DNA of 64,000 bases from Octopus sinensis (Eukaryota): assembly GCF_006345805.1 (NCBI RefSeq), contig NC_043014.1:2976001-3040000 (forward strand), read 5' to 3'. Positions 49,789 through 61,172 of the stretch are shown piece after piece. How positions within the stretch are numbered: the first letter of the stretch is position 1; every line of letters starts with the position of its first letter. The notes below the pieces were generated by a model. The model saw only the letters and a program-made list of their open reading frames with translations. It was not told the DNA's origin and did no database searches. Position numbers and translations under genes: made by a program.

Positions 49789-49820
<32 letters not shown>

Positions 49821-50919
49821 GGCGGTGAGCTGGCAGAATCATTAGCACCTCAGGTGAAATGCTTAGCGGTATCCATCACAAGGTCATTCATTTACAGGTG
49901 AGTCAACTGGAACAACACAAAATGAAGAATTTTGCTCAAGAAACACAGCACGTCACCTGGTTCTGGAATTGAAATTACTATCTTCTTATCGTGAAAACAA
50001 CTCCTAACCACTAGGTCATGTACCTTCAGGGGTGGGCGGGGTGGGGTAATAAAATAAAGTATTCTCCCTTCAAAAACTTTTAGGCCTAAATGAGAAATAG
50101 TTATTCAATATTTCTTTCTCCTTTTTGCATCACATTTTGGTCTGTTGCAACTGTTGGCATTTCTCATTTCCAATATCTGTCTATTTCTCATTTAATAGTT
50201 ACCGACAGTTCAAAATAATAATAATAATAATAAAGAACAAAGGAAAAGATGGCTGATAGATGACAGAACCAGTGAAGCATAGGACCAAAAACTTCATGGT
50301 ATTTGTTTTCGTTGGCATAACACTTTGATCTTAGCCGAAGCCGAAAGATCAATAAGTAATATTTGGTTATATATTGAATTCAAATCACTTCACTGTCAAT
50401 CTATTCACGATCAATAAAAATAAATACTACGGTTAAGGTTGGATCTGTTATATACTGTAGATCAAGGATTGGCAGACTGCAGTCTGGGGGGCCATATCTG
50501 ACCAACCTCACTTTATTGAATATATAATGTTATATTCAAGAATTCTTTGTTTTGTTTATCTATTTTTCGGTAAGTGAACAATAAAATTCTCTGTTGAAAA
50601 ATAAGGGAGAAGTCTTGTTTTTGCAATGTCTTGATGTAAATCAATGTTTTATATTAATTCGGGGGGAAAAAAAATGTGAAGTTCTTTCATTTGGTAAAAC
50701 CTGAAAGTTTCCTGAGATAGTTCTTGGTTTTATTGAATGATACAAACTTATTGTTTTAAGCGATCTGCATTAAATCTGCCATCACACCTTGATGTTAATT
50801 GAAGTTCAAAACAACGGTTTAATATTGACAGTTATTTTACTCAATTCTTTATTAAATCAGATATTAATTGAAAAAAAAGATGGAGTATTTCAACAGAAAA
50901 ATGACAATAAAAAGATTAA

Positions 50920-51707
50920 CTCTTTTGTTACCAACCCGGCTGAAACCGGCTCTGGCTCTGAGTACAAATGTCTTGGTATCATAAGTTTTGAATTAAAATC
51001 TTATACCAAACCTTAGTCACAATTTATGTTCCTAACATTAACTGAATGATAACTAAGTTATTTTACTAAATTCTTTGTTATATTTAAAATTAATTGAAAG
51101 AAACACAGAGCATCTCAACAGAAATATGGTAACAAAAGGGTTAAAATATATAATAGAGAAACAATTCTTAACCCTTTTGATACCAACCTGGCTGAAACCG
51201 CCTCTGGCTCTAGTATAAATGTTTTGTTTTCATAAGTTCTGAATTAAAATCTTCCACCAAACCTTAGTCACAATTTATGTTCCTATCACTAGCTTAATGA
51301 TAACTGGGTTATTTTACTAAATTCTTTGTTATATTTAAAGTAATTGAAAGAAACACAGAGCATCTCAACAGAAATACAGTAATGAAAGGGTTAATGTGAT
51401 CTAGACTGTAATTCTCCATCAAAATTTATATTCCAAACACCAGCTTAATAATGACAAATTACTAAACACTTCATTATTTTCAAAATATTTTACAAGTAAT
51501 ATGGTAACAAAAGGGTTAAAGTGATCTAAATTTAAACCCTCCACCAAAATTTCAATTTGCTTTATATTCCAAACCCTGGTTTAATAATGACGAAATTACT
51601 TCTCTAAATTTTTTGTTATTTCCAAAATTGATTGAAATTCTTCATTAATTTCAAAATCAATTGAAACCAGGGCAGTGTATTTCGACAGAAATATGGTAAC
51701 AAAAGGG
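50920..51707. mobile_element. Cluster of piggyBac-like MITEs
   Basis: Two complete copies (50920-51140, 51172-51390) plus two related right ends finishing GGTAACAAAAGGG|TTAA at 51515 and 51707. Confidence 0.85.
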
Positions 51708-51906
51708 TTAAATAGCAAATAATTTCATGTTTCTAAACAAAGGCGCAGGAGTGGCTGTGTGGTAAGTAGCTTGCTTACCAACCACATGGTTCTGGGTTCA
51801 GTCCCACTGCGTGGCATCTTGGGCAAGAGTCTTCTGCTATAGCCCCGGGCCGACCAATGCCTTGTGAGTGGATTTGGTAGACAGAAACTGAAAGAAGCCT
51901 GTCGTA

Positions 51907-51955
<49 letters not shown>

Positions 51956-52422
51956 GTGTGTGTGTGTGTATATGTTTGTGTGTCTGTGTTTGTCCTGCCA
52001 CCATCACCTGACAACCGATGCTGGTGTGTTTATGTCCCCGTCACTTAGCGGTTCGGCAAAAAGAGACCGATAGAATAAGTACTGGGCTTACAAAGAATAA
52101 GTCCCGGGGTCGATTTGCTCGACTAAAGGCAGTGCTCCAGCATGGCCGCAGTCAAATGACTGAAACAAGTAAAAGAGTAAAGGAGGCAACAGTGACCAAC
52201 AGCATCTCCTACACTGACATTATACAAGGTGTTCACAAATTACCTTTACAATTTGAAGAATTCTTTAAAAACTGAAAAATAAGGGAAAATCTGCAGAATT
52301 TATTAGAAAGACATATGCAAAGAACTAAAGTTTTGTTTTGTGCTCTGTTGGTTATGACCACGAGTGTTCCCAGTCGATCCAGTTCCCAGCAGAAGATTCT
52401 GCTTGTGAAATTAACATGCAAG

Positions 52423-52588
52423 CACTAGCGTAGCTAGGGTGTGTGCCACCCAGGGCAGCCCTTCCTTTTGCTGCCCCTAGGTTCCACAAAAAATGTCTAT
52501 TGCCTACAGCTGACCCAAAAGTGTCACCCCTTTAAAAGTGCTGCTTGGGGTGGACTGCCCCCTACTCTACCCCCTAGCTACACTAGTG
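52423..52588. mobile_element. hAT-type MITE with perfect 8-bp TSD
   Basis: TIRs CACTAGCGTAGCTAGGG / CCCTAGCTACACTAGTG; CATGCAAG at 52415-52422 and 52589-52596. Confidence 0.88.
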
Positions 52589-55500
52589 CATGCAAGTGGC
52601 TGAGCGCTCCACAGACATGCATGCACTAAATGTAGTTCTCTGGGAGATTCAGTGTGACACAAAGAGGGATAAGGCTGGCCCTTTGAAATACAGGTACTAC
52701 TCATTTTTGCCAGCTTGGTGGACTGGAGCAACGTGAAATAAAGTGTCTTGCTCAAGAAACACAACGTGCCACTGGGACTTGAACTCACTAAGCCATGTGC
52801 CATCACATTAGCTGAATGGTTAAGAAGATGGTTTCACTGCCGTGAGCATCCAGGTTCAATCCCAAGGTGTGGAATCTGGGGCCAGTGTCTTTCATCATAG
52901 CTTTGAGTTGACTTAAGCCTTGTAAGTAATATTTGGTTAATGGAAACTGTATGGAAGCCCTTTGGGTGTATTATATCTATAGTTTAAAGGACCAGCTTTG
53001 TTACACCTATATCACACTGATTCTACTTGAGAATTAAAAATTCAGGATACGTGTCTGTGGAATACTCAACCACATACTAATTCAACAACTAGTGGCATGC
53101 AATGTTCGAACAAGTGAATATGCATCATTGAAACTGGTGGAGATCCATTTGGACCTTCACCGGTCAAATACTTAGAAGACAAGACCTTGACAGGCAAAAG
53201 AGCAAAAGGAAGGACTTAAAACCAGATTTAGCCTCAGCACCAAAGCAGAATGGCACAGGACAAAGATGGGTGGAGGGCCCTTGGTGGTTCAATTATTTGA
53301 GCCTTCTGTCTTGGGAAGAAAAGGAACTCTCTTGATATTCATTATGGTTATATGTCCTTGCATGTGCTATTTATGTTAATGTGTATGCACTGTTTACTTT
53401 AAGTATTCGTGCTAAATACATTGTAAATAGGTTACATGTCCTTATGTAGCTCTACATAAGAATTTACCCTTTAGCAAAGAGCTGCCCCGCTTTCTACTGT
53501 AGCCAAAGTCAGTTGAAGAAGATTTCAGTCTTGCAAATTACATGGCAATCTCATTAATGCTGACACCATGACAAAAATGTGCCCAGTACATATTGTAAAG
53601 TGGTTGGTGTTACGACGGACATCTGGCTGTGGAAACCATGCCAAAACAAGCATCGGGGCACAATACAGTCCTTGGGATTATTATACCTTGTCAAACCAAA
53701 GGCAGCGGGCTGGCAGACATATTGGCATGCCAGGCAAAATGCTTAGCGGTATTTTATCTGTCGTTACGTTCTGAGTTCAAATTCCGCCGAGGTCGACTTT
53801 GCTTTTCATCCTTTCGGGGTCAATAAACTAAGTACCAGTTACGCACTGGGGTCGATGTAATCGACTTAATCCCTTTGTCTGTATTGTTTGTTCCCTCTAT
53901 GTTTAGCCCCCTGTGAGCAATAAAGAAATATATACCTTGCTAAACCATCCAAATCATGCTAGTATGGAACATAGACACCTGTATGGTGTGAGCTGCTATC
54001 TAGCTCCTCTACAGCTAGAAACCTGTTCTGGCCCCTTCCTTTATACTTCTAAACTTCCAGCCCCTAGCATCTGGCTGCCTTCTTTTCTATTGTAGCCCCA
54101 CTCAGCCAATGGAAATCTTAATCTTGCATACTATATGGTGACCTCACTAGTTCTGGTGCCACTAAAAACACCCAATACATACTAATTTCTTTACTGCCCA
54201 CAAGGGGCTAAACACAGAGAGGACAAACAAGGACAGACAAAGGGATTAAGTCAATTACATCGACCCCAGTACGTAACTGGTACTTAATTTATCGACCCTA
54301 GAAAGGATGAAAGGCAAAGTCGACCTCTGCGGAATTTGAACTCAGAATGTAACGGCAGACAACATACCACTAAGCATTTCGCCTGGCGTGCTAACGTTTC
54401 TGCCAGCTTGCCACATTAATACATACTGTAAACACCCAATACATACTGTAAAGTGGTTGGTGTCAGGAAGGGCACCCCACTGCAGAAGCCATGTCAAAAT
54501 GGACACTGAAATATGATGCAGTCCTTGGAACTATGATTTTGTCAGGCCACACAACTCATGATAACATAGAAGATAGATGTTAAATGATGATGATGATGTG
54601 TATGATGATGATGGGCCTCTAGTTGTCAAAGGCAACCATGTCCTGGTTTAGGCAGATTTTCTTTTCTTGGGTAACCTTATGAGTTTCCCATCTTTATTTC
54701 CATTTCTGTTGTCTAAGGGAATGAGTTTGCTTAATGGTTCATACATCTAAACACTAGTGTCACTAAAATAGTTGATGGTTTGAAGACAACCAAAACCAGT
54801 TTAGAGACCATGAACCATACTTGTCTGACGTAAACAATTCTACTAGTTCACTGCTCAGGAATGGTATCATCATCATCATTTAACGTCCATTTTCCGTGCT
54901 AGCATGGGTTGGACGGTTCAACTGGGGTCTGGAAAGCCAGGGGCTGCACCAGGCTCCAGTCTGATCTGGCAGTGTTTCTACAGTTGGATGCCCTTCCTAA
55001 CGCCAACCACTCCGCGAGTGGCACAGGTGCCAGGGGAGTCTGGCATCGGCCACGATCGGTTGGTGCTTTTAACGTCCCACCGGCACGGAAGCCAGTCGAG
55101 GCGGCGCTGGCATCGGCCACATTCGGATGGTGCTTTTTATGTGCCACCGGCACAGAAGCCAGTCGAGGCGGCGCTGGCAACAGCCACGTTCGGATGGTGC
55201 TTTTGGTATATTTTTACCAATCTCTGAAGGAATGGAAAATTGGGTTAACCTCCACACGATTTTGAATTCAGTATGTAAAGAACAGAAGCAAATAAGGCTA
55301 GGCATTCTGTCCAACACACTAACCATTCTGCCAATATGCTGCCTTAAAAAAATGAGAAAAAGGGAGGGAAAATTGGAGAATGTGATCCCTCATAGGAAAT
55401 AGGTCTAGTTGTGTGGCTAAGTTCACCTTGCAATTGTGTGGTTTTGGGTTCAATCACACAACACAGCACCTAGGGCAAGTGTCTTCTTTTGTAAATCCAG

Positions 55501-55915
55501 GTTGATTAATGCCTTGTTGAATGAATCTGGTAGATGGAAACTATATGGAATCCTCTTGTACATAAATATATTCTTTTACTCATTTCAGCCATTTGACTGC
55601 AGCCATGCTGGCGCACTGCCTTAAAGGGGGTTTTTAGTCAAAGAAATCGACCCCAAGACTTATTCTTTGTAAGCCTAGTACTTATTCTGTCAGTCTCTTT
55701 TGCTGAACTGCTAAGTTACAGGGATGTAAACACACCAACATTGGTTGTCAAGCAATGGTGGTGGGAGACAAACATAGACACAAATACACATATATAAATA
55801 TATATATATATACATGATGGGCTTCTTTCAGTTTCCATCTACCAAATCAGTGGGACTCAACCCAGTACAATGTGGTTGAGAAGCAAGTTTCTTACCAGAT
55901 AGTCATGCCTGCGCC

Positions 55916-55962
<47 letters not shown>

Positions 55963-56019
55963 CATACATATATATATATTATATACATACATATATATAT
56001 ATACACACACATACATATA

Positions 56020-56885
56020 TCTCTCTCTCTTTCCCCGTCTGTCTTGATAGACAATGGGTTGCGCCAAGGGTGGGGCCTACTTTGATGACGTGCAGCGTCT
56101 GCTGTGACTGAACAGTCCAACTCTAGAGTGGCAGTCCTTGGTACATTTGCTGCACACGAACATCGATGGGTACGTGTGGGGTGTTGCTGCAGTTGTCCTC
56201 CTCCTGTCCCGCCTGTCCAACCACAGCTGTGCTCTCCTCTCCTCAGCCATGGAAACGCCTTTCCTCACCGTCCGACGCCAGGCAGAGCGGTCAGCAGCTG
56301 TTTCCTCCCACGTGTCCACACAGATGTTGGCAGTCCTCAGGTCGTGCTTGCACACGTCCCTGTATCGTAGCTGTGGACGTCCCTTGGGTCGGGATCCCGT
56401 GGTGAGTTCGCTGTACAGGATGTCTTTAGGCATGCGACCATCCTGCATGCGGCAGATGTGTCCGAGCCAGCGCAGTCGTCTCCGCACAAGGAGGGCATGC
56501 ATGCTTGGCATATTAGTCTGTTCCAGGATGACTCCGTTTGGTACTCGGTCCTTCCAGGAGATGCCAAGGATCCGTCGAAGACACCGCATGTGGAAGCCGC
56601 TGAGGCGGCATTCTTGCCGGGTGTATGTTGTCCAGCTCTCGCTGCCGTAGAGTAGGGTGCTCAGCACGCAGGCTCGGTACACTGCGATCTTGGTGGTTAT
56701 TGTGAGCATGTTGTTTTCCCACACTCTCCTGGAGAGCTTAGCCATGGCAGCAGCAGCCTTCCCAATCCGTCTGTTCAGCTCCGGCTCGAGGGACAGGCTG
56801 CTGGAGACCGTCGATCCCAGGTAAGTGAACTCGTTCACCACCTGCAAGCTGTGGTCGCCGACACTGATGCTGGGGACCCCTCCGA
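56020..56885 (-). mobile_element. Young 5'-truncated RTE LINE, intact reading frame
   Basis: About 270 aa without stops: FTYLGS, LLYGSESW, RRLRWLGH, GRPQLRYRDV and a terminal C2H2-like CSKC..C.SRVGLFSHSRRC*. Short 3' UTR with an (AG)n tail; GC-rich relative to the flanks. Confidence 0.95.
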
Positions 56886-56913
56886 CACATATACATATAT
56901 ATATACATATATA

Positions 56914-57142
56914 CCGGAGTAAACACATAAATGTGAAACAAGGTGGAAAAAAGAGTACTCAAATACCAGTGGTAGAGTAATATGCTTTATTTAAAGCAGC
57001 AGAAAATTCAACAAAACCTGTTACTCTGAGTTTCCCGTTGCCGTTCATCAGACAGTTTTTGCTAGAAAAAACTGTCCGATGAACGGCAATGGGAAACTCA
57101 GAGTAACAGGTTTTGTTGAATTTTCTGCTGCTTTAAATAAAG
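56914..57142. mobile_element. (TA)n-flanked palindromic element with inverted hammerhead pair
   Basis: Arms 56985-57060 and 57067-57142 around GCTAG, with the tail on the left. The tail is the reverse complement of 38036-38106. Confidence 0.85.
57013..57060 (-). ncRNA. Minimal type I hammerhead ribozyme motif
   Basis: Identical to 37839-37886. The opposite-strand partner (57067-57114) reads CCGATGA (U4C) with a G-U pair in stem II. Confidence 0.75.
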
Positions 57143-57164
57143 TATATACATATATATATATAAA

Positions 57165-57293
57165 TCCAAATTGAGGGGGTAGAACAGGTAAAAATCCAGA
57201 CTACATATATTTCCTCTCTAACAGATCCTCTCTTCTTCTTGCTAGACAACATATGTAGCCTGGATTTTACCGGTTCCACTCCCTCAGTTTGGA
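57165..57293. mobile_element. (TA)n-flanked fold-back element, further family
   Basis: TCCAAATTGAGGGGGTAGAACAGGTAAAAATCCAGACTACATAT ... ATATGTAGCCTGGATTTTACCGGTTCCACTCCCTCAGTTTGGA, imperfect 44-bp arms. Confidence 0.7.
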
Positions 57294-57678
57294 CTTTTAT
57301 TCACATTCATAGCAACTCTAGTTGCTAACCATGAGTGCTATACATATATATTTTTTTCAGCTTATCTAACATTAATATGGGAAAAACCTACAACCTTTGA
57401 TGCCAATAAATTATTGATCCCGAATGTTGTTTTTGATGCTTACCATGGACTGCTTGAAGCTGACAAACTTCCTACACTTTGATCCTTCGATCTTATAATT
57501 ACATATCAACTGAGTGTAGGCTGTGTGGTAAGTAGCTTGCTAACCAGCCACATGGTTCTGGGTTCAGTCCCATTGCGTGGCATCTTGGGCAAGTGTCTTC
57601 TGCTATAGCCCCGGGCCAACCAATGCCTTGTGAGTGGATTTGGTAGACGGAAACTGAAAGAAGCCTGTCGTATATATG

Positions 57679-57709
<31 letters not shown>

Positions 57710-59139
57710 GTTTGTGTGTCTGTGTTTGTCCCCCTAGCATTGCTTGACAACCGATGCTGGTGTGTTTAGGTCCCCGTCACTTAGCGGTTCGGCAAAAGAG
57801 ACTGATAGAATAAGTACTGGGCTTACAAAGAATAAGTCCCGGGGTCGATTTACTCGACTAAAGGCGGTGCTCCAGCATGGCCGCAGTCAAATGACAGAAA
57901 CAAGTAAAAGAGTACACTGTTATACCAGATGCTGTTCTACCTGACAACAACAACGAGAAGAACATTGATCACAGTATTGAATGCTACACTGGAAAACTGA
58001 TGTTTTGGGGTTCGTGAGTGATGTCCAGTTTGCTTGAAAATCTCTGAAAATGTGTTGTAAATAATAACCAATTTTAAAAAAATTCTTTTTCTTGTTTCAA
58101 TCATTTGACTATGGCCATGCTGGAGCACTGTCTGGAGGGTTTTTAGTCGAACAAATCAACCCCAGGAAATATTCTTTGCAAGCCTGCTACTCAGTCGGTC
58201 ACTTTGCTGAACTGCTAAGTTACAGGGATATAAACACACAAACATAGAAGCAAAGCCACACAAATAAATATAAGTGTTTTGTTTTGGGATTTGGTTTGCA
58301 AGATTCTTTATGTGAGTTTGTGTGTTGAAGCATATTTTGTTGTGTCTGAGGAGAGTCGTTTTCTTTTTATGCCTTATTATGTAACACATCATCATCATCA
58401 TTTAGCATCTGCTTTCCATGCTAGCATGGGTTGGACGGTTCAACAGGGATCTTGGAAGCCAGGAGGCTGCACCAGGCCCAGTCTGATCTGGCAGTGTTTC
58501 TACGGCTGGATGCCCTTCCTAAAGCCAACCACTCCATGAGTGTAGTGGGTGCTTTTTACGTGCCAGACGGGGCTGGCAAACGACCACGGTCGGATGGTGC
58601 TTTTTATGTGCCACCGGCATGGGGGCCAGGCGAGGCTGGCAACGGCCAAATTTCCACTTATTTCTTATTTTTGTTTTCCTAAAAATTTTCGTTGCGTCTT
58701 GCAACCTTTTCAATAGTCTTGATGTAACAGTGAGTGTGTTACATTACAAGGCACAAAAAGAAAATGACTCTCCCCAGACACAACAGATAAAAAGTGGTTG
58801 GAGGTTAAAAAGAAAATGGGTGAGGGTCAACCATGGAACTGTGGTTCATTTCAAACTCTTCTTCCTCACAGAAACAGACAAGTTTAACATCATTCGAAGA
58901 GCAATAAATACACAGCTATGGTTCTTAATTCGAGTGTGCCACCTTTAAGACAGTTTCATTTGCACGAAGATACAAATCCATTGGAATCCCCTTTTTTTCT
59001 TTTTGCATTGCCACTTGGCACTTCTGCCAACAATGGAAATCTTCCTTCAGGACCTGAATCTAACAAAACCTGAATCTCAGTATTATTCATTTCTCTTAGA
59101 TATACTCGGTCGCATCCTCTTCCATTTCCAAAGTGCTCT

Positions 59140-59397
59140 GCAGATAATACAGTTCTATATTTAAGAGATGAAGAATTACGTACATTATTTACATTCGACG
59201 GATATTTATCCTCATCTTGTTTGTTGCTAACATGTTTCGGCTGATATACCCACCAGCCTTCATCAGGTGTCTTGGGGGAAAATTTGAACCTGGGTTCTCA
59301 TTCCAAGGTATTTTTTGATGTTATTATTATTATTATTATTATTCAGGTCACTGCCTGGAATTGAACTCAGAATCTTGGGGTTGGTAGCCCATGCTCT
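59140..59397 (-). mobile_element. tRNA-headed SINE-like element containing a hammerhead motif
   Basis: Truncated tRNA-like head with B box GAGTTCAATTCC, then (AAT)n, then GACAC-CTGATGA-A-GGCTG(GTGGGTATAT)CAGCC-GAAACATGTT at 59222-59272. Confidence 0.65.
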
Positions 59398-60653
59398 ACT
59401 TGTGCCAGTTACACGATTTCACTTGGCTCAATGGGTCCTCTCAAGCACTACATATTGCCAAGGGTCTCAGTCATCTGTCATTACCTCCATGAGGCCCAAC
59501 GCTTCAAAGATGCACATAGATCATATAGGAGAACAATATGGATCTCATCATTGTTTAACGTCCGCTTTCCATTCTAGCATGTGTTGGACAGTTCGACCGG
59601 AGTCTGGGAAGCCAGGAGGCTGTACCAGGCTTCAGTCTGATCTGGCAAGGTTTCTACAGCTGCATGCCCTTTCTAACACCAACCACTCCGTGAATGTAGT
59701 AGGTGCTTTTTACGTGTCACCGGCACAGGTACCAGGGGAGGCTGGCAACGGCCACGATCGGTTGGTGCTTTTTACATGCCACTGGCATGGAAGCCAGTCA
59801 AGGCAGCGCTGGCATCGACCAAGTACGGATGGTGCTTTTTATGTGCCACCGGCACAGGTGCCAGGGGAGGCTGGCAACGGCCACGATCGGTTGGTGCTTT
59901 TTACGTGCCACTGGCACGGAAGCCAGTCGAGGCAGCGCTGGCATCAACCACATACGGATGGTGCTTTTTACGTGCCAGGGGAGGCTGGCAACGGCCATGA
60001 TCGGTTGGTGCGTACAAAAAAAAACACAAAATGATCCTAAAACACAGAAACGAAGAAGGAAAAAAAAAAAGCAAAGACCAGATTTTTTTTTTTACATTTT
60101 TTTTTGGTGGGAACACTTTTATTAATGGAGCCAAGTACACGAGGTTAAAAAACAGAAAAAAAAAAGCTAGACCAATCATGTTATTCTGGGTTACAACAAC
60201 AACAGAATTCTTATAAAAAAAATTTAACAAAAAAAGGAAAAAACATATATATATATACATACATATATATATATGTATACACATATACATGTATACACAT
60301 ATATATGTATACATATATATGTATATGTACGTATACATATGTATATATAATGAAAATTCACACTAAGCTTCATATTTTTTTTATTCATTATACCTTTGTG
60401 TATTATATTTTTTTTTTTTTACTCCTTTATTTTCAAGTTCATATTATTTATTTATTTATTTATTAATTTTATTGTTATAATTATTATTATTATTATTTTT
60501 TTTAATTATTTTTTTTTTTACTAAATAGTTTTTGAAATCAGTTCTGCTTGGGTCTTGAATATTAATAATGATGTACAATATAAGAATAATAATGATAATA
60601 ATAATAATGATGATGATGATGATAATAATAATAATAATGATTTCTTTTATTAT

Positions 60654-60695
<42 letters not shown>

Positions 60696-61135
60696 CATCA
60701 TCATCATTGATGTCTTCGAAAAATAAAAAACAATAAGTTTTAATAAATAATAAACATCAACATTGTTGTCATCCAAAAGCAAATTATATATCTATATATA
60801 CACACACACATGTATATATATATATATATATACACACGTGTGTGTGTGTGTATATGTACATATAAAATTAAAAAATGAAAGAATTTCTAACAAAAAAAAG
60901 GCACAAGGCCTCGATATTTTTGTTTGGTTTTTTTTTTTTTTTTCCGTGGGGGAGGAAGAGGTTGGTCAACTGAATCGACCCCAGTACATGACTGGTACTT
61001 TATTTCATCGACCCTTGATGGGATGAAAGGCAAAGTTGACCTCGGCGGGATTTGAACTCAGAACATGAGATTTAGCTTAAAATAGCATAAGGTATTTTCG
61101 TCTGGCGTTCTATCTATTCTGCTAGCCACTGCCTT

Positions 61136-61172
<37 letters not shown>

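Noticed and set aside
58670-58720. Hammerhead-like layout in the fold-back family at 46920-47150 and 58290-58790 (GTTGC/GCAAC stem, GAAA, palindromic AAAATTTT)
   Set aside because: The core reads CUAUUGA, lacking G5 and A6, and no stem I forms. At most it is a decayed relative.
59700-60010. Regularly spaced about 60-bp repeats resembling a CRISPR array (also 7550-7770, 54990-55200)
   Set aside because: The intervening segments are homologous to each other, the units are the internal tandem repeats of SINE family C, the context is eukaryotic and there are no cas genes.
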